Source: Caecitellus pseudoparvulus (taxonomy: Eukaryota > Protista > Bigyra: Bicosoecida). From it: a stretch of 64,000 nt of DNA. The notes beneath the pieces were generated by a model. That model saw only the letters and a list, made by a program, of their open reading frames with translations. It was not told where the DNA came from and searched no databases. The stretch is taken from positions 620,001 to 684,000 of the forward strand of contig CBFFRQ010000089.1 in assembly GCA_965644315.1 (NCBI GenBank), in the 5' to 3' direction. Each line of letters begins with the position of its first letter. The stretch's first letter is position 1. Below, in pieces: positions 23,055 through 33,182 of the stretch. A program made the translations under genes and the position numbers.

Positions 23055-23695
23055 CCGCCGAAGCACGTTGCCCTGCGCGCAAACAGCAACCTTCAAACAC
23101 TCTGAAACGCAAGTGAAACGATAGGCAAGGCGCACACCCACGTTGCCAATCACAGGCCACGTTTCCTCAGGCCTGGCTTCAGGGTGCTGAAACGCCATGC
23201 AGTCTGGCCAGTGCAGCGGTCCCTCTCTGCTTCAAAGTTGCTCCTTGGCCAGTCCCACCTGCTCTCTGCCAAACGTGCACCCGGCCAGCATGTCCCAGCT
23301 CCAAACAGGGCAACAAATGAGGTTTTGGGGCAGGACGGCAAAGGATGCCTATCACCCCAGCAGTTGAACCTACCTGACAGTGCCACGTGAATCGATGAAG
23401 GCCCTTCAATTGTGTGGCCGATGCTTCAGCCCACCTCGATTCAGAATGAAACGCCATGCACTCCCATCTGCTGCGCAGAGAGTCAGACTTCATCATGAAG
23501 CAGTGTCCAGAACCCAGCAAAATCCAAACACTGTCAAACTCAGTTGCCAGGGATTCCATGCCTTGGCACAAACGCCACACCACACAACACAGCGCCCCAA
23601 CAGTGTGCACCTGGCGTTTCGCACACACCACTGACGGACACCCTCCCTCGCTCTTTCACAACGCACTTCAAGCCGACACCCACATCCAATCACCC

Positions 23696-24619
23696 ATGGC
23701 GTCAACTTGGAGCGAGCTGAAAGCTGAGGGCAACAAGGCGTACTCAGAAGGCGACTTGGACACCGCCGTCGCCAAGTACACAGCGGCGCTGCAAACGGAC
23801 GTCGCACCGGCTGACCGCGCGACTCTTCTCTGCAACCGCGCCCAGTGCTTCCTGAAGCAAGACAAGTTCTCGGAGGCCATCGAAGACTGCACTGCGTGCC
23901 TTGCCGTCGCACCTGAGAACGTGAAGGCGCTTTTTCGACGGTAGGTCCGCCAGCCACGCGACGTGTGAGTCCCACAAGCACCCCCCTCCCCCTAACTTCC
24001 AGAGCCGTGGCGTACGAGCAGAGTGGCAAGAAAGAAGAGGCTGGGCAAGACTACGATGCGGTGCTTGGCCATAACCCCACGATCCAAGATGCTGTTGCGG
24101 GCTTCAAGAGGTAAGCTGTGAACGCAATGCCACACTTTAGTCCACTGTAAAAAGGGAACAATACCCTCCGTGCTTCACAGGTGCACTGGGCGCGAGTGGC
24201 GCCTTCCTCCTTCGGAGAAGAAATCTGGCGGAGGCAGGCGCCAGCTGACTGCTGAGGACATGGCAGCCATCAGTGAGGTTGAAGGCCGAGTCAAGGAAGT
24301 CGCTCGCCAAAAGCGGCAGGCTCAAGACAAGCTCATGAGTGCCCAGCGGGAGAAGCGAGGTGCAGAGCTCATGGCAAAAGTTCTCAGTGAAACCCCCGCT
24401 GATCAGAAAGTGTACCGCAGCGTCGGGAAGGTCTTCATGGCCAGGCCAAGGCCCCAGGTGCAGACCTGGCTCGATGCGCGCCTCTCCTCGTGCGACTCTC
24501 GCATGAAGGTATGCACCAGCACCCTGGAGTACTTGAAAAAGCAAGAAGGCGAGGCTGACGCAGCCTTCCTCGAGCTCATCAAGGGGTTCAACGGTGGCCG
24601 CATGCCAGCCAGAGGGTGA
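23696..24619 (+). CDS. TPR (carboxylate-clamp) domain fused to a prefoldin beta subunit (PFDN1-like)
   Basis: Exons 23696-23940, 24003-24110 and 24181-24619 join in frame through GT-AG introns. TPR: LKAEGN...CNRAQC...KALFRRA. Prefoldin: TPADQKVYRSVGKVF...LEYLKKQEGEADAAFLELI. Confidence 0.8.
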
Positions 24620-27600
24620 CCAAACTCAGCTTACAATGCACAACGTACTGTGACGGAGGTTGACTTCCTTTCCCGAACATTACCGTCAGAAGTGCAGAAA
24701 ATACCTTTCACAAAACCAGCTGTATGGAGCCAACGTCGCAATGCACCCCAAATCAAGCCCTGAATGACCTCGCCAACTTCCTAAACGCACACAGCATCCC
24801 GGTCTGCCACTGCCCCCTCATGCCACAAGGTGTCTACGGAGCAAGCACATGTTTCATCCGATTGGCCCAGCCGAGCATCACCACAGGAAATGACAGTGGC
24901 AAGCATGCATGCGAAACAGCAACGTCGGCTTCAGCGAGTGTCAAATACAGTGCCCAAGTCATCCACAAAGCCAACCCACTTCCGGGATGCGAGAAACCTG
25001 TCGGTCAGTGCAAAAGGCTTCCAACGCGTGCAGGGTCAGAAGCTCAAAACAAACGCAATGTACTTGTACAGACAGCACGCCCCTCGACACTGTTGGTAGA
25101 TCTCTGACGAACAGGATGAAAGAACCTGGCCGTGCAGCGTACCTGGAAAGTCTTGAAGTGTATCAACTTCCAACAGATTCGGAACCCTTTGAAACTAAAG
25201 CATAAAAGTGACATGAAAGGCGCAACATAGGTTTCGCCGGAAACGACAATGAAGATGTGATCCTATGAGCGGCGATTAGCAATTCCCCTCAGCATGGGTC
25301 GCAAGCAGGCGCCGGTTTCTTGATGTTCCACTTGCCTAGACGAAGCATGCGAGGGTTGATCCTAAATCTTACTTTTGGGCAAGATCATTTGGCCAGACAT
25401 AGTACAGTATCGTTGGGTTGGGTTTGGACACAGAAAGGATTGGACGCATGGATGGGCTCGTGACATTGTAATCGATTCTGGACACACTCCCATGCATTGT
25501 AATTATCGCCGCTGGACTTGGAGCGCACACTCTTGCGTGCCTGAGGGTGAGCAGAATGGCCTGCCAATAGTTTAGGGCAGCCTCCTGCTTTGTGTCCACT
25601 TGCCCTGCACCACGCACACGTGTACTGGTATCCCCGCTTGGCGCCGCCGGCGCATTGAGGAGAGCTAGCCGCAGACGTCGCCGGCGAAGAGTCGATGGAA
25701 GCAGCCGCACCTTCATCATCAATTGGGGCGAAACCCTTTGTGATTTGCCCTTGAGTCAAGTACGGCATGATTGCAGCCGATAGCAAACCGCCGGGGCACA
25801 CAACGTCGTTGAGAGACGTTGTGTGCCACAGGTACCCATCTGCCCTCAGTTCAGCTGTCATTGCAAGCTCCTCAGGCTCTGGGTTACCCTTTCCTACCTC
25901 CCCAGCTGCCTGTATGATCGCCAGCTCCGTCTTGTTCCCCGTGGTGCGCCACTTGGACAGATCTGAGTTGGACGGTGTGGGCTGCCCACGAAGTCTGAAC
26001 GGCTTTGAACTGCAAACAACAGCGTCCCTGGCCGAATGGCCCAGAGTGCTATTGAAGCACTCCAACTAGACCTCAGCAGTGAAGTCAGACGTTCCCGGGG
26101 CAGCACCCTTGCTGTTTTGGGGGCTTGCAAGTGCCTGTGCAGATTCCATTTCCGCACGCACCTTCTCCAGAGCTCGTAGAATTGCTCTGCGACGCTCCGG
26201 CATGCGCCCTTTCTCTGAAGCACCAAGCTGGTGCCCTGTCCATGCGCAAGGCGTGACAGTTACATATCACATCATAATGTGTGGTGAGATAGTGGCGGTG
26301 CAGTGAGCCGATGGCTCAAACGCCACCACGCCAAGGATGGAAGCAGACTACAAGCATCCGATCCACACTGCTCAACTCACTGGCACGATGATGATTGAGT
26401 ATTTGAGCGCAGAATGAAGAAAATGCACAAGATATTTAGCCTAGGTAAATTTTGATGTAAATAGAGACAAAAAACTGGACATTTCGATAAATTTGTGATT
26501 GCCAAGATTGGACAATAGCGGGCCCTTTTGTCCACAACTACCCTACGATACTGTATTAAACGCACAATGCATGTCCTCTTGTGTCAGTCGCGAACCGGAA
26601 ACTCATTCAGAAAACCTCGAAGATCGCCATTCAATCAGACAGACAAATTGGTTCAAGTAAGGCAATGCGGACAGCCGGTCTACGGAATCTGCCTTTTGTG
26701 TAAGCGAACAACAGTCTTTCTATAACACAACAACACATCACCTTATTCTTTCAAAAATTCTTAAGATAAAGCTGCACCAGAGACAGAATATGCAGAAAGG
26801 GTTTCTTGAGGACCGTTGCGTGTAAAACTTGAAACGCATTCAGAGCCGCTGTGAAAGTTGGATTGCAACGTTTTCAACTCACAGAGGCACTCAGATCAAG
26901 TGTTGGGGCCCTTGTGGAAGGTTTCATGCACACTGTTCTTTGGACAAGAATCTGTGAGCATTGTGCATTTCCACAAAGCGCACTTAAAACAGTGTACCCT
27001 TGTTGCTTGGATCCGCTGGCGGCCTGGAAACGCATGTACACACATAGCGGCCAGCCGAGGAGAAACCACAAACGAGGATTGTCGAGCATTTACGAAAGGA
27101 ACCCGTGTCCGTTTGACACGGCAGCATGTCAAGGCTTCGTGAGCGTTGACGGTTTTGCTTTTCTATCGCATGGCAGAGATGCAACACGCCAAATAACCGC
27201 AAAATGTATGATTGCCTTGTGTTAGGTCTTCCTTGCATTGCATCTTCCAAAAATTGTGGCTTCCTGGATAAATCTGTACATGCACAGCACTTGAGAGCAC
27301 CTACCGCGGAACAACATGAAGCAGTCCATGCACTCTCCGATGGAAAACAGTTTCATGACACTGTGGTTCACAACATTTTTCCTTGACAAGCAAACGTGAC
27401 AATCCTTTTACACATCAAAGTGTCAAGTGCTCTGTCGACTTCTCAAGACCTTATGGCATACACTTGACTTTGAGCACTGTTGTCACTCTCTGCCCAAACC
27501 TCCGCAGCTCAAAATGAAAACCCACAGCTAGCTTTTCCGGAGTGAAGTAAATGCTACTCTGTGTAATTTCCACCCACCGGTGCTGTACAAAGTGTTCAAA

Positions 27601-28750
27601 CCGTGCTTGTTTCTGTTTTGTTGCTTGACTCCATGCGTGCACTTCCGCGATTTGGACGACGAGCGGCACACAAAGTCCACGGTTGCATTCAGACAACCTC
27701 TGCCCGATTCTAGACAAGATGTAGAATGGCATAAGGTGAGAGAGGCGCATGTCGGCGTGTACTGGTACCGAAATGATTCCTTCCACAGTTGATCATGATA
27801 CAAACGTTGGGGATCTCCTTTGTTGCAGTATGAATGGTTCTTCTGCTTGTTAGATGGAAGCACTCTCTGGGATTGCCATGCTTGCACAGCAGGCTGTCCG
27901 AATCGATGTGGAAGGGCGATGTTCCTGCAGGAGACGCCAAATTTGCATTCGATGCACTTTTGCTGCGTTGATGGAGTCAAGTTGGGTTTTTTGTGTTTGG
28001 CTTACGTGCATTTTTGGCTGCTGAACGCGTTGTTTGTCCGTGGAAAGACTTGTCCAATCTTGTTCGTATTTTCCGTGTTTTTATGCTTGTCTCGGTTCAT
28101 GGCATTGCACGACATATGCCACAGTGGGAAAAATTGAGTGCTTCTGATTCATCGTTTCGTGTTCTAACCTCTGGTTCGCACGTATGAGTTTAAGCACTGC
28201 AAGACTTGGAGGTTTGAGGATATTTTCGGTTCTTCTTGCTGCATCCTTCTTGTTCTGGGGGGAAGTATGCTTCACTGGGGGGCTTCAAATCAATGTATCT
28301 CCTTCTGAGATGACATGCATGTTTGTTGCTCTCAAGCCCCTTTGAACGGTTGCGCAGTTCTGTCTGCCTTGAGAGGGCTTGAGTGGGAACTGCGTTTGTC
28401 TGGTACAAGATGACTCAAAGGTCCTAGTCTTGTCTGTGATCACGTGTGTTGTGTGAGTTAAGGCTTCTACTGGCCTGCTCATTCTGATGCTGGCATTGGA
28501 GCAGTCAGAGGCTGAGTCAGACAGTGACGGGGGAATCGTGTAAATCCGGCGGATTCCCTGATTGCTCGTTTGCAAGTTGTGTCGATTGTGTTTCGCGTGA
28601 GAGACCTGTCGCCCTGAATCACAGGCTGCCACTTATGCGTGGAGTAGTCATTAACTTTCAAAACCTTATGACTCCTTATTCTAAGTCCGCATCGTCATCC
28701 CGGTGGGAAATTCTCACGCCTTAACCTTACAAAAAGCAACCGTTTCTGAA
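24620..28750. other. Low-GC gene-poor island (possible centromere or decayed mobile DNA)
   Basis: No recognisable intact gene over about 4 kb. GC counted at 26401-26520 is 40/120 (33%), against roughly 60-70% by eye in flanking genes. Confidence 0.7.
25385..26203 (-). pseudogene. Degenerate Gag/ORF1-like remnant with CCHC zinc knuckle
   Basis: Frame MPERRRAILRALEKVRAEM...TAEV*LECFN... has an in-frame TAG at about 26066-26068; it contains CAWCRASGHKAGGC (CX2CX4HX4C). Confidence 0.5.
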
Positions 28751-28794
28751 AGAATGTGGTCTGCAAGGTGGGCAGGTGCATTGTTCACACCATT

Positions 28795-31383
28795 ATGGCG
28801 TCTACATCAGTTCCTGCGCCTTCTGAGGCTGCCGAGGATGTGTTTGGGGGCGAGGAGTCCAGAGGCAAGGCAGACGGCTCTGTTGCTTCTGGGGATGGCA
28901 AGCGGAAGCGAAGGGCGAGGCGTCGAAAGCGCAAGGGAAAATGGGAGCGGGTGGGTACAGATGTGATTTCAGTTCAAGACGAGGTGCCAGCGGTGTCCAC
29001 AAGTCAAGCGGTGACGAAGCCAGTTCGGCGTGGTAGTGCGAGCAACGCCGGCGAAACGCCGCGGGGCATCGACGCGATCGGGACTCTGAGCCGGCTCCTG
29101 CAGCAGCGAAGATCATTGCCCGAGTTAGAAGCACGCAACATCATTCAAGGTGAGCCGCGAGTGTGCTTGTTTGGATCCAGTCAGGTTGCAGGCCCCCGCG
29201 TGTTTGCCCGCTTCACAGCTCACAGTCTGAAGCAGCAGATGAGGGTTGCCAGCACACACCTTGGGCGGAAACTGAGATCTCGGCCTGGAATGAGGGGGCT
29301 TATGAAGAAGGGTTTCTTGAAGGAGGACCCGACGAATCCGACGGGAATCCGGCGAGCGCGTGCAGCGGTGCTGCAGCATCATGGTAAGGACACGCTGCAT
29401 CGCCGGCTTCGGAACCGCCGGTCTCGGCACCAGCTTGTGGAGCTGGGCATTGTGAAGCCCCTAGACACGAGTCCAGCCTCAAGTGAGCTGTCTTCTGCAG
29501 CTATCTCCAGGTCGAGCTCCCCCCGTGCGTTCGCGCAAGCTCAGCTTGACCAGGCGCTGCGCGCTCGGCCGCCCGTGTCAGAGTTGCTGCAGGCAGGGCT
29601 GTTGCACGCTGACACGGTGCTGTGGAGCCCCCTGGAGACAGAGTGGCAGGCTCCAGCTAACGTCGCTTTGCCACCCCCTGCAGCCCGCAATTGCCACTCG
29701 CTGTCCGAGGTGAACGGCCAGGTGCTGCTGGTGGCAGGGTACGCTGCGCCAGAGTGCAGTTGCATGCCGTACTTGTTGGATGTTGACAACGCAACATGGA
29801 GCACCAGCATCCCCATGGCTCCTCCTAAGCTTCCATCGCATGACATTACCCCACCAGCTCTCCGTGCTAGGCATGCCTCCGATGCCTTGGATGAGGGTTT
29901 CAAGGGTGCCCGCCGGTGGTGGTCAGCGCCAAGCAATTTCGACAGGTGCGGCAGCGCTGCCGCCGGGAAGCGGGTCGGGAACTTGGCCGAATGGCCAACA
30001 GTTCTCCCAGCTCCAAGGTACGCGCACTCCTGCATTTCATGCTGTGGTTTGTTGTTGGTGTGTGGAGGGTATGGCGACCGTCGGTGGCTGAACGATGTGT
30101 GGCTGTATGACCCTGCCAATAGTTGCTGGTGTCCCGGGAACGTGTGGTCTGCAGTGTTGGGGGTGCTCGAGGACCATGATCGTGCAAGCGGCCGTGTGGG
30201 GGGTGGCTCGGCGGGAGTCTCTGACATTCCGCCAGCTCAGGTTGGGCCTTGGCGAGACGTGCAGGTGTCAACTGAGCTTCCTGCGCCTCGCGCTGCACAC
30301 TCCATGGTCGCGTTGCCTGTACGGGCATGGTCAGAGGCGTTGGCAGCAGCTAGCGGGGACTGTGCCGATGGCGCAGGGGCAGTGCAGGGCGGGCGGGAGG
30401 AGCTGTGCGGTGTTCTGTTCGGTGGCAACGATGGTGCTGGCCTGTTTAACGACGTGTGGCTTTTGAGGGAAGTTCCACAGGTCAAGGAGCTCGCAGCGGC
30501 CAGCATGTCCATGCACACCCCACTGGCATGGAGCAAGCCTGTGGTGGTGGGGGGTGCTCCTGCGCCAAGGGCGGGCCACTCGGCAGTGTTGCATGGCAGC
30601 ACGATGGTGGTGTTTGGCGGTAGCCGAGGGTTTGGCACACCAGCATTCAATGACCTGCACATGCTGGATGTGGGGAACATTCAGCCGTGGGCAGAGGGAG
30701 ATGAAGGGGGTGCAGAGTGCATGGTGTTCTGGTACACGCCCACCGTATCAGGGAAGGCCCCGAGTGCGCGCGCCGGGCACGCTGCCTGTGTCGTGGGCCA
30801 CAACATGCTGGTGATAGGCGGCAGCGACGCACGTCGTTCCTACAATGATTTGTATGTGTTTGATTGCACGGCACACGCTTGGTCTCGCCCGGCAGTGTCG
30901 GGGCCACGGCCCTGTCCTCGGGCAGGGCATGCGGTGACCGCGGTGGGGGACACCGTTGTGTTGTTTGGGGGAGCGGATGGCGAAGGCAACCTGCTTGGAG
31001 ACGCACACATCATGGAGACGGATTTCCTGCTGCGCACCTTGCCGATGGAGGGTCCTTTGCCGTCCTCTGTGCGCAGTGCGGGCGGTGGTGGCAGCAGCAC
31101 AGCAGCGTCCTCCCGAGGAAGGAGCGGCAGCGCCACCACGGTCAGGTCTTCACACCAAGCCACTCCAGCAGCAGTGCCTGCCTCGACAGGCCCAGGTATT
31201 GGAGAGCAAAGCGAGCCGCTTGACGCTGCGCGGCCTGATGACCGGCCTTCGGCGAAGGCTGCCTTGCAAGCGTTTGCAGAGAGGTGGGATGCAAAGTGGG
31301 GGGCGTTGCAGTCTCACGTGGCAGCCTTGCGCGAGGAGCAGGCTGAAGAGTTGCGCGCCTTGATGAAGGCGCTGGGTGAGTGA
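28795..31383 (+). CDS. RPEL-repeat plus Kelch beta-propeller protein
   Basis: Four RPEL-like motifs (LLQQRRSLPELEARNII, KLRSRPGMRGLMKKGFL, RLRNRRSRHQLVELGIV, ALRARPPVSELLQAGLL). Kelch blades PAARNCHS, PAPRYAHS, PAPRAAHS, PAPRAGHS, PSARAGHA, PCPRAGHA, mostly with GG pairs. Confidence 0.85.
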   Translation: MASTSVPAPSEAAEDVFGGEESRGKADGSVASGDGKRKRRARRRKRKGKWERVGTDVISVQDEVPAVSTSQAVTKPVRRGSASNAGETPRGIDAIGTLSRLLQQRRSLPELEARNIIQGEPRVCLFGSSQVAGPRVFARFTAHSLKQQMRVASTHLGRKLRSRPGMRGLMKKGFLKEDPTNPTGIRRARAAVLQHHGKDTLHRRLRNRRSRHQLVELGIVKPLDTSPASSELSSAAISRSSSPRAFAQAQLDQALRARPPVSELLQAGLLHADTVLWSPLETEWQAPANVALPPPAARNCHSLSEVNGQVLLVAGYAAPECSCMPYLLDVDNATWSTSIPMAPPKLPSHDITPPALRARHASDALDEGFKGARRWWSAPSNFDRCGSAAAGKRVGNLAEWPTVLPAPRYAHSCISCCGLLLVCGGYGDRRWLNDVWLYDPANSCWCPGNVWSAVLGVLEDHDRASGRVGGGSAGVSDIPPAQVGPWRDVQVSTELPAPRAAHSMVALPVRAWSEALAAASGDCADGAGAVQGGREELCGVLFGGNDGAGLFNDVWLLREVPQVKELAAASMSMHTPLAWSKPVVVGGAPAPRAGHSAVLHGSTMVVFGGSRGFGTPAFNDLHMLDVGNIQPWAEGDEGGAECMVFWYTPTVSGKAPSARAGHAACVVGHNMLVIGGSDARRSYNDLYVFDCTAHAWSRPAVSGPRPCPRAGHAVTAVGDTVVLFGGADGEGNLLGDAHIMETDFLLRTLPMEGPLPSSVRSAGGGGSSTAASSRGRSGSATTVRSSHQATPAAVPASTGPGIGEQSEPLDAARPDDRPSAKAALQAFAERWDAKWGALQSHVAALREEQAEELRALMKALGE

Positions 31384-31541
31384 ATGGGAGGTCTGCAGCG
31401 GGGCATCGAGGAGGCAGCGAGTAATACACGCACGTTGCAACTCCCTGCACACAGGCGCGCAGAGAGCCAATACAGACACTTTTCACTCCCACAACGGACC
31501 TTCGCCAGCATGCTCACTTGCTCTCGCAGCCCTGCATCATC

Positions 31542-32956
31542 ATGGCTCCTCGTGCGCTCTCCGCCCATGGCGGGCAAGGCACGCTGCACGTGGCTGGCAA
31601 GCCACAGGCTTCCCTGCCAGGGCAGCCCGCCCCTATGCCCCTGGAAAAGCCAGACTTTGACCTCAAGACGCTCCGAGCTGCCATCCCAGCCCACTGCTTC
31701 GAGCGCTCAGCAGTCAAGTCCATGATGTGGCTGGCCCGCGATTTGGTCTTGATCGCCATCATCGGCTACGCTGGCACCCTGATCGACACTCCCTACGTGC
31801 CAGCGTGGGCTCGGTACATTGCCTGGCCACTGTACTGGTACCTGCAAGGCCTGGTCATGACGGGTGTCTGGGTGCTGGCCCACGAGTGTGGCCACCAAGC
31901 CTTCTCTGACTCTGCACTGCTGAATGACACAGTTGGCTGGGTGCTGCACAGCGCTCTGCTCGTGCCCTACTTCAGGTACGCGCCTGGTGCACGTGGCGTT
32001 TCATTTTCCGCGCTGCCATCACTTCGTTCCTTCCGCGCCCGCGACAGCTGGGCCATCTCCCATGGCAACCACCACAAGAACACAAACTCATGCGAGCACG
32101 ACGAGGTCTTCAACTCTCCCTCTCGGTCCAAGGTGGCGGAGTCCGTCTCAGACAGCCCCATCGCGCATCTTGCAGGCATCATTGGCATGTTGCTCTTTGG
32201 CTGGTGAGTGTGCCCCTGCTTCCCAGGGTGGCAGGGAGCGCTAGTTCCGAGTACTGCCTCTGCCCCCTTCGAAAATGGCGGCGCCCTGCGCTCCACGTGC
32301 TGCCACACTCTCATCCGCCCGACCCGCACTGCAAGCCGAGCTCCACCCTCCTCAGGCCGCTGTACTTGCTTTTCAACGTGGCAGGTCCCCCCAAGTATGA
32401 GGGCAAGCGCAACTCTCACTTCGACGCTGGTGCCGTGCTGTGGCTGCAGAAGCAAGGTTTCTCCGTGAACCTGTCCACCATCGGGGTGTTGCTCGGCCTG
32501 GCAGGGCTTGCGTACTGGAGCGTGACGTGGGGCTTCCTGCACATGGTCAAGTTCTACTTTGTGCCGTATCTGATTGTGAATGCGCACCTCGTGCTCATCA
32601 CCTTCCTGCAGCACACCGACACGTACGTGCCCCACTACCGTGGAGAGTCTTTCGACTGGCTGCAGGGTGCCCTCTGCACTGTCGACCGGCCTTTCGGCGC
32701 CTTCGTGGACCACATGCTGCACCACATCACTGACACACATGTGTGCCATCATGTCTTCTCCAAGATGCCGTTTTACCACGCCACGGAGGCCACTGAGGCC
32801 ATGAAGCCAGTGCTGGGCAAGTACTACTTGCGCGACGAAACCCCCATCTGGTTGGCAACCTGGAACTCCGCCTCCCGGTGCAAGTTTGTGGAAGATGAGG
32901 GCGATGTCGTTTGGTACCAGGGGCCCTCTGCGCTCTCGGCCAAGAAGGCAGACTAA
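31542..32956 (+). CDS. FAD2: Delta-12 (omega-6) fatty acid desaturase
   Basis: LRAAIPAHCFERS; His boxes HECGH, HGNHH, HVCHH; TFLQHTD; WLQGALCTVDR; two introns. Confidence 0.93.
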
Positions 32957-33182
32957 GCAGCAGCTATCCTGGCTCAGTCAGGCATACTGCCCTCCCGCTC
33001 ACAATTCACTGACTGCGGGATCTGCCCCTGCAGGGCGCCATAGAAGCAAGTGGGATTCTGCAAATTTTGAGCGCGCTCTGGGTCTTTCCGGGTCGCGGGG
33101 GGCGCATTCGGCAGCGAGGGTTGTGAAGCTTGGTCGCACGCGATGCACGAGATTTTGATCTCGCACTGACCCTTGCAGAGCG

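Noticed and set aside
138-23455. Recurrent TGAAACG heptamer near some start codons
   Set aside because: It also occurs in coding regions, is too short, and has no consistent position; enrichment cannot be supported by eye.
26066-26068. In-frame TAG as evidence of an alternative genetic code
   Set aside because: TAG terminates conserved genes here (syntaxin, importin-alpha), and TAA and TGA are also used as stops. Pseudogenisation is the simpler explanation.
24620-28750. Intact endogenous virophage, Polinton or LTR element
   Set aside because: No terminal inverted repeats, LTRs, target-site duplication, capsid, integrase, polymerase or RT motifs were recognised; only fragments are present.
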